Below are positions 57,877 through 64,000 of a stretch of DNA of 64,000 bases, piece after piece. This DNA is from Hormiphora californensis. Lineage: Eukaryota > Animalia > Ctenophora. The notes beneath the pieces are model-generated. The model made no database searches and was not told the origin of the DNA. It saw only the letters and a program-made list of their open reading frames with translations. How positions within the stretch are numbered: the first letter of the stretch is position 1; each line of letters starts with the position of its first letter. The DNA lies in the NCBI GenBank assembly GCA_020137815.1, contig CM035353.1, positions 8,308,001-8,372,000 on the forward strand, written 5' to 3'. A program made the position numbers and the translations under genes.

Positions 57877-59349
57877 TCACAAGATTTGCTTGGGGGCCAC
57901 CTCTATTAAACTCATCTTAAGCGGCTGACTCTCTCTGTGCTGTTTAGCTTCTTTTATCCGATCCAATTCAACAGTTGCTGTACTAACAGTACTAGCGGTG
58001 TCTGTTGACGATACTGGTTTTCGTTCAGATGAGGTTCGTTTGGGGGGTCTACTCCGCCGGGTGGGTGCTGATTTGCTAGATGGCGGTTTCCGAAGGATCT
58101 GACATTTGATCGGCGCTAGCTCCGAACCTCTGTAGATGAGTTGAGTTTGCTGCTGTTTCGTGTCGGTACCACAAACCTGCAGTGGTCTGGCTATCGTAGC
58201 ATCCTTTGCAGAGGTAAAGAGAAGTTCGAAATTGTTGGCACTCTGGATAGGGAACATGGCCTCACCAGACCGTTTCTTGTCGAACAATTCAATTGATATT
58301 CCTAGCGTCTCGTTGATGAGAGAGGGTAACATTTGTTCAAGGACACCACAATTTGTATGGAGTGCAGGGTTTGTATTCACCTCAATTAACCAAACATTTA
58401 GATTGTCATCAAGCATGAAATCTAATCCATACAAATCAAAGTATCCTAACCGAGGGGTCAGGCTCGATTGGGCTGATTTGAAGACTGTCAGTGCCAGAGA
58501 TTTCATCCTATCGTGGAGAGTTGTTTCGACCCAATCATCCGGTAAACCTAACTTCTCCAGTACTCCTTCCGACCTAAGGTACTCACTAAACCGGCCCATA
58601 TCCCAGACTGTGTCCTCTCTCTCTTCAGAATATTTAGGGTGTTTCTTCTGCATGTACTGGTTGGTGAGATGGGTAGCCATATCAGTTGATTCTGTGTCGT
58701 ACGGGTCAATAGTTAGACGAAGATACCCCGTGTGAAAGAAAACATTGTACGGCCGAGTACTGCCCACAAACAGATAAACTCTGATGTCGAACTTCCGTCC
58801 ATTTACTAGGAGGGGGTTGTCAATATACCTCTGAACGATTCGTGATGATCTAAGTCGGTGGTTCTGAGATCGTTTATCAATGTACGCTAGTAAGTCTGAT
58901 TTACCATTTAGAATGAATATTCCCTTTCCCTGGTTAGCATTGGATGGTTTACATATCCATTTCTCCGATTCTCCCATTACAGATATGAGCTTTTCACGCT
59001 CTCTGTGCTCCCCTAAACGGTATGTTTCAGGGAAAAAGCGATGAAGTTCGTTTTCAGGTGGATCTTTGGCTGTCATCACGGTATGTCCGAAGTAGCTTCG
59101 TAGTGAGTAGAGGAGACCTGATTTTGTTGTAATGCACCCCGAGGATGGAATGTGGTTGACCAACTGCTTTCCCTCGTTAAATCCATCGTAATCTATCCGC
59201 GATTTCAGTTCAGTCCATTTCAGTGTAAAATCTTTTTCATCTTCAGATTGCGTCCAGCCCAGTTCAGTTAAACTATTGGATATGAGTGAGTTTCCATTGT
59301 TTCCAACAATCACAAACTTCCTTTTCCGTGACCTTCCGGGTCTGGACAT
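57877..59349 (-). CDS. TTLL10: Tubulin tyrosine ligase-like 10 (polyglycylase), single coding exon, ~490 aa from the first in-frame ATG
   Basis: TTL domain with WICKPSNANQGKGIF, VQRYIDNPLLVNGRKFDIRVY, HLTNQYMQKKHP, FDLYGLDFMLD and LIEVNTNPALHTNC; the NQG and HLTNQxxQKK...P pattern fits TTLL10. Confidence 0.9.
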   Translation of the reverse strand: MSRPGRSRKRKFVIVGNNGNSLISNSLTELGWTQSEDEKDFTLKWTELKSRIDYDGFNEGKQLVNHIPSSGCITTKSGLLYSLRSYFGHTVMTAKDPPENELHRFFPETYRLGEHREREKLISVMGESEKWICKPSNANQGKGIFILNGKSDLLAYIDKRSQNHRLRSSRIVQRYIDNPLLVNGRKFDIRVYLFVGSTRPYNVFFHTGYLRLTIDPYDTESTDMATHLTNQYMQKKHPKYSEEREDTVWDMGRFSEYLRSEGVLEKLGLPDDWVETTLHDRMKSLALTVFKSAQSSLTPRLGYFDLYGLDFMLDDNLNVWLIEVNTNPALHTNCGVLEQMLPSLINETLGISIELFDKKRSGEAMFPIQSANNFELLFTSAKDATIARPLQVCGTDTKQQQTQLIYRGSELAPIKCQILRKPPSSKSAPTRRSRPPKRTSSERKPVSSTDTASTVSTATVELDRIKEAKQHRESQPLKMSLIEVAPKQIL

Positions 59350-59511
59350 GGTCACCGAGTGTTCATAAAATCCTTGCAGAGTGACATGCACTAGAAAATG
59401 CTGGGTTAGATACCGAATGACTTGTCATGGCCGTAAGCAAAAATTCATACCCATTGAAAATAGTCGAGAACGAGGTGCAATGGAAATCAAGTCACAAAAA
59501 CCTAGAAAAAC

Positions 59512-59760
59512 GGCCAGCGTTAAAATCTGGGTGTTTCGTGAGTGCTGACAAACGGTTTTTTAGGGTTAGGGCTAAAGTAGGGTTAGGGTTAGGGTTGGGG
59601 TTTGGGTTGGGGTTAGGCCTTGACATTCCCTACCAGATAAACTTTGAATTAGCCAAAACGGTTGAGTGGTTCGGCGGTTAGAGCCGTTTTAGTGAATCAA
59701 CTTTTTTGGCAGCGCGCACCTGTAAACAGGCCACCAAACACCCAGATCGTAACGGCGCCC
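59512..59760. mobile_element. MITE-like element with internal telomere-like TTAGGG repeats
   Basis: Inverted ends GTTAAAATCTGGGTGTTT / AAACACCCAGATCGTAAC enclose degenerate (TTAGGG)n at 59560-59616. Confidence 0.5.
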
Positions 59761-61150
59761 TAGAAAAACCAGCAAAAAGATCTTTAAAAGTTGGCATACG
59801 TTGCAGGCCCCTTATAATATAATATAAGGGGCCTGGAGGGAATACCGCGCTAGGGGGGAATACATAATCAATCATATCTCCGGTTCCAGATAAGGTACAG
59901 AAATCGTTTTGGTAGCGTTGGAAAGAGGAAGATAACAGCTTTCAAATGCAACCGGTTTCAGGTCTCTATCTTATCAGGAACAGGAGATATGAACCAAACT
60001 CCGCAAAATCGAGTGCGGTAAAATCAAAATTTGAATGAAATTTTAAAAAAGGAGTCCCTGCAAGAATCTGTGACGTCACTTTTTGAAAACAACCCATCTT
60101 TCAACGGCTATTGCTCAGCCTCCTTAAGTCCAATTAACTTCTCTCAAAAACAGCAAGGTAGATAATCGTCAGATCTAACAACTGGTGAAAGAATCAAGTC
60201 AAACGGACTTCAGGAGCCAAAGTTATAAGCACCGCCGTTTTTTCGACCGCAAAGTTATCTTCGACCCAGCCGGGATCAGGCCAAACGCGCGCGCGGCATT
60301 CCCTCCAGTCCCCTCGTTGCGGGGGTGCGCGCATGAGGGGGCTGCAGCGCATTCCAACTTTAAAAGGCAACAACAAAAAAACCGGTCGGGCCCGACAGAA
60401 TTTTTTTGCGTCGCGTCGGACAGAATCGCAAAAGTGTGATGCATTTTCATGGAATAAACGGAATCGGCTAGATTAAAATGATAACAACGCTGCTTTTCCT
60501 CCGCGCGCGCGATCACGATCTGTTTTAAATTCCCAGACACGAAAAAACTTCCAAGCTCAGTCACTTTTCCGCTTTCGTTTGTGCTCCGTGTGGGAAAATG
60601 CTGATAAAGAAACTTATTGTGAAAATATGTGAGAAGAGTATGGGTCCTAATTGGGACAGTCGACCCTTTTACAAGCTGTGGAGGACGAGGTAAGCCTCCT
60701 AAATACTCTAGGAAAATAAGAAGTTTCGACTTTCGAGCTCCGGTCTCCACTACTGCCAAGAGTTTCATCCCTGGTTCTTGTCTAACTTTTCTAACTCTCC
60801 AGTAACGCCAACGCCATTTGGTTCGGTACGTGGACGTTGGGGCTTGGGTTGCTACTGACTTCTTACGACCCTCTGAAAGGAGAACTTCCCGGTGATCCCA
60901 AACATTATCCCGACCACTCGAGACCAGAGAACTTCAGGAAAACAAGATGGGAATTCCAGTCCCTGTGAAAACAATATAAAGCTGGGAAAAGACTTGTAAC
61001 TTATTGAGAAATTGCTAGAGAATCGTTTTGTAAATTGTTTGTACTTTGAACGACATCGGTCAGCTAGAGTCATGATATTCCTGCTATTTCTCAATTCATG
61101 CATTTCTTACCTTCTACCCCCGCGTTAGCAAGGCTCCCTCTCTCCACACA

Positions 61151-64000
61151 ATGGCCACTATGACTGAAGAAGGTGCTGAAAATGATCTGCTCGACTACGA
61201 GGAGGAGGAGGCAGAGACCACCACCGAGGTAAGAGAGGGAGGGAGTTGTTAGAGGGGGGGGGGGGCACTGCACCGAGGTAAGGGAGGGAGTTGTTGGGGG
61301 GGGGGGGGGGCATTGTACCACCGGGTTGAGAGAGGGAGAAGATGGTTCAATCTCTGATGGAAGAGACCGAACCATACGGCTTTGATCCAACAATTTATTT
61401 AAGTTGTTACAACTTACAATAACACACATCCCTCATAAGGCCGCTAATGGGGCCGCCACTGAACCAGCCAAGAAGGATGTTAAGGGAAGTTACGTGTCCA
61501 TTCACAGTTCTGGATTCAGGGATTTCCTTCTAAAGCCTGAGTTGCTGCGATCTATCGTGGACTGTGGTTTTGAGCACCCTTCTGAAGGTGAGTTAGTGTA
61601 TTGTGTCTTCAATCCCTGTAGTACTACCGATACACGTATACACATGAATATATTCCATGTACCCCTAATTTACCCCCCCCCCCCCCCCCATTATTACTCA
61701 GCTCTAAACCCCCTCTCCCTCAGTTCAACACGAGTGTATCCCACAAGCCATCCTATCCATGGATATCTTGTGCCAGGCCAAGTCTGGTATGGGAAAGACT
61801 GCTGTGTTCGTGCTGGCAACTCTCCAGCAACTGGAGCCCGTCGATGGACAGGTAGGAGAGAGAGAGAGAGAGTTAGATAGTGGCAGAGGGATAGAGAGTG
61901 GCGGAGTTAGAGACAGAGAGGGGCCAAGGCCCAAGATAGAAGACAACAAAGGGAGACAGAGAGAGGCCGAAAGAGATCAAGAGCTGCCACAGGTGTATAT
62001 TCTAATAACTACCCCCCCCCCCCCCCCCCGCCAGGTTTCCATCCTGGTTATGTGCCACACACGAGAGCTTGCCTTCCAAATTTCAAAGGAGTATACCCGG
62101 TTTGCCAAGTATTTGAGTAACGTTAAGGTCGGTGTATTCTTCGGAGGAATGCCTGTTGTAAAGGACAAACAGAGGTAATTATTTGACTACAGTAGTAACT
62201 GATTGTACGATTCTTTGAAAGGAAAGCAAGGCCTTGATTTGTTGGTATCTGAGCAGTGTTTGTACAGCTAACCCGGATATATGCTGTTCTGAAACAAATC
62301 GTCTTTATCGGTTTCTCTGCTCACAGCTCAACTCCCTAACCCCCTCTCCCTAATCCCCTCTCTCCCCAGGCTGAAGACAGACTGCCCTCACATTGTCGTT
62401 GGAACCCCTGGACGAATTCTAGCCCTTGCTCGGGACAAGAGTCTGAACCTGAAGAACTGCAAGCACTTCGTATTGGATGAGTGCGACAAGATGCTCGAAC
62501 AACTTGGTAAGATTTCAAGTGGGGCAATAACACACCCGTCCCCCAACTGCAACCATATACCACCCTTTCCTCAACTAAATCATCCATCTAACCTCCCTTT
62601 CTCTCCTTGTTCAGATATGCGAAGAGACGTCCAGGAGATCTTCAGGATGACCCCAGTAGAGAAACAAGTGATGATGTTCAGTGCCACACTCTCTAAAGAT
62701 GTCCGGCCTGTCTGCAGAAAGTTCATGCAAGATGTATGTTGTTGGGCGCCTCTTATCACCGGGGCAGCGGGGTGATCTTTTCTACACTGTACCCTGAGAG
62801 TACTGCCCTCTCTCTATCTCTATCTGACCCATATTTACACAGCTTGGTATAATTGGAACAAGCTACAGCTGGACCTCCGTTCCTTGGATCATAACAACCC
62901 GTCCCCCAATATATTAGTATCGTTTGAGATCTCATCTCTAATGTTCCAGACTGCCAAGAGTTACCGCATCTTTCCTGTGTATCTCATTAGTTCCAGAACC
63001 ACCCAAATATAACGTGTTCTTGAGTCTCATGTCTCAGTTGTTCCTGAATAACGTATCGCTATTCTTGAGTCAGTTCCAGAATCGTGTTTTCCAATATATC
63101 TCCTCTCAGTATTTGATTGTTGGTGTTTTGGCAATTAGTTGACGGTTTTTACAATTGTTCCAGAAGTTTGGTTTGATTGTGTGATTTAGGGACTGTTGGT
63201 TTGGTTGGTTCCAGATTGTATTGTTGTTGTTTGGGACAAAGACGACACAGCGGGGATAATGGATATGTGGACCTCTCTCTGGGAGATGTGAAAGTGAGTG
63301 ATGCTGCAACCAACCCAAGGTAAGTGAGTGCGTGTTGTGTGCAAAAAGTAACCGATTCAGTTGCGTGTAAAGCACATAGTCTGTTAACATTTCAAATGCG
63401 CGCGCGGCCCCTTTCTCTCTATCCCCTCTATCTCTCTTTTTCACTCCCCCACCTCTCTCAACTGTCCAGATGTGCTCTGGCAAGCTCTCCACGAGACTAC
63501 TCCCGATCCAGCCCACGAGACACTGTGAGAGGTTCGGCAGAACACTATCCAGACCAATATTAGTTCGAGGATGACAGTTAGTGTGGAGCTGTTGTGTTTA
63601 TCAGGCCTTCCGTCGGTGGATATCGGTCAGCTTTCGTGGGTATCTTAGTTTGTGGATATTGGTCGTCATCTTAGTAAGCGGAGTTCTTGTTTCGTTTGTG
63701 GAGTTCTTGTTTCGTTAGCGGATATCCTATGCAGTAGATCGATCCAGTTTTTCATAGTCAGTGGAGTCCTCTAGATTCGTTAGCGGATAGTGGAGCCCTA
63801 TATATATATATATCACCGGATCATCTCAACATCTTGTTCCAGGCACTCTTCTAGCGGTGTGTGGGTTGTGAGTACAAACCCCATCCACCCCCATCGGCCA
63901 TTCCATCTCTCCCCTCCCCTCTCTCTATTAACAATCCCCCTAAACTCTCAGGCCCTGGAAGTGTTTGTTGATGATGAAACCAAGTTGACTCTACACGGTC
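61151..64000 (+). CDS. DDX39B: DECD-box RNA helicase UAP56/DDX39, multi-exon, truncated by the window end
   Basis: [90 protein letters not shown]. Probably co-orthologous to vertebrate DDX39A and DDX39B. Confidence 0.97.

Noticed and set aside
58160-58735. Antisense ORFs over TTLL10 (and similar ones over DNHD1, e.g. 36131-36667)
   Set aside because: Shadow frames of real coding exons with no independent features.
59560-59616. Telomere or chromosome-fusion site
   Set aside because: Short, degenerate and enclosed by inverted repeats; better explained as part of a MITE.
62176-62369. Possible C/D snoRNA in a DDX39 intron
   Set aside because: A CTGA is present but I could not find a convincing RTGATGA box C or terminal stem.

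Overview
Eukaryotic (animal) genomic DNA with compact genes, short GT-AG introns, (GA)n tracts and MITEs. The repeat families and GPCR style look ctenophore-like, but that is inference only. Minus strand: (1) a calbindin/secretagogin-like multi-EF-hand gene whose constant exons (1520-3001) are preceded by at least seven different ATG-bearing first exons spread over 3.5-14.9 kb, all ending in phase-2 GT donors that fit the same constant exon; this variable-N-terminus array is invisible in the ORF track and is the most interesting feature found; (2) a ~29 kb DNHD1-like divergent dynein heavy chain with a degenerate AAA1, whose introns host an antisense intronless GPCR, a 5'-truncated RNase H LINE, a mini-copy of that LINE and several MITEs; (3) CFAP74; (4) intronless TTLL10. 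The last three form a tight same-strand ciliary cluster. A decayed tandem duplication between CFAP74 and DNHD1 has a secreted single-domain beta/gamma-crystallin gene at its junction. Plus strand: DDX39/UAP56, running off the window end, with a candidate poison exon. Splice junctions are locally duplicated in four genes. Single-base frameshifts and noisy segments suggest uncorrected sequencing errors. All exon models were read by eye and need RNA-seq confirmation.
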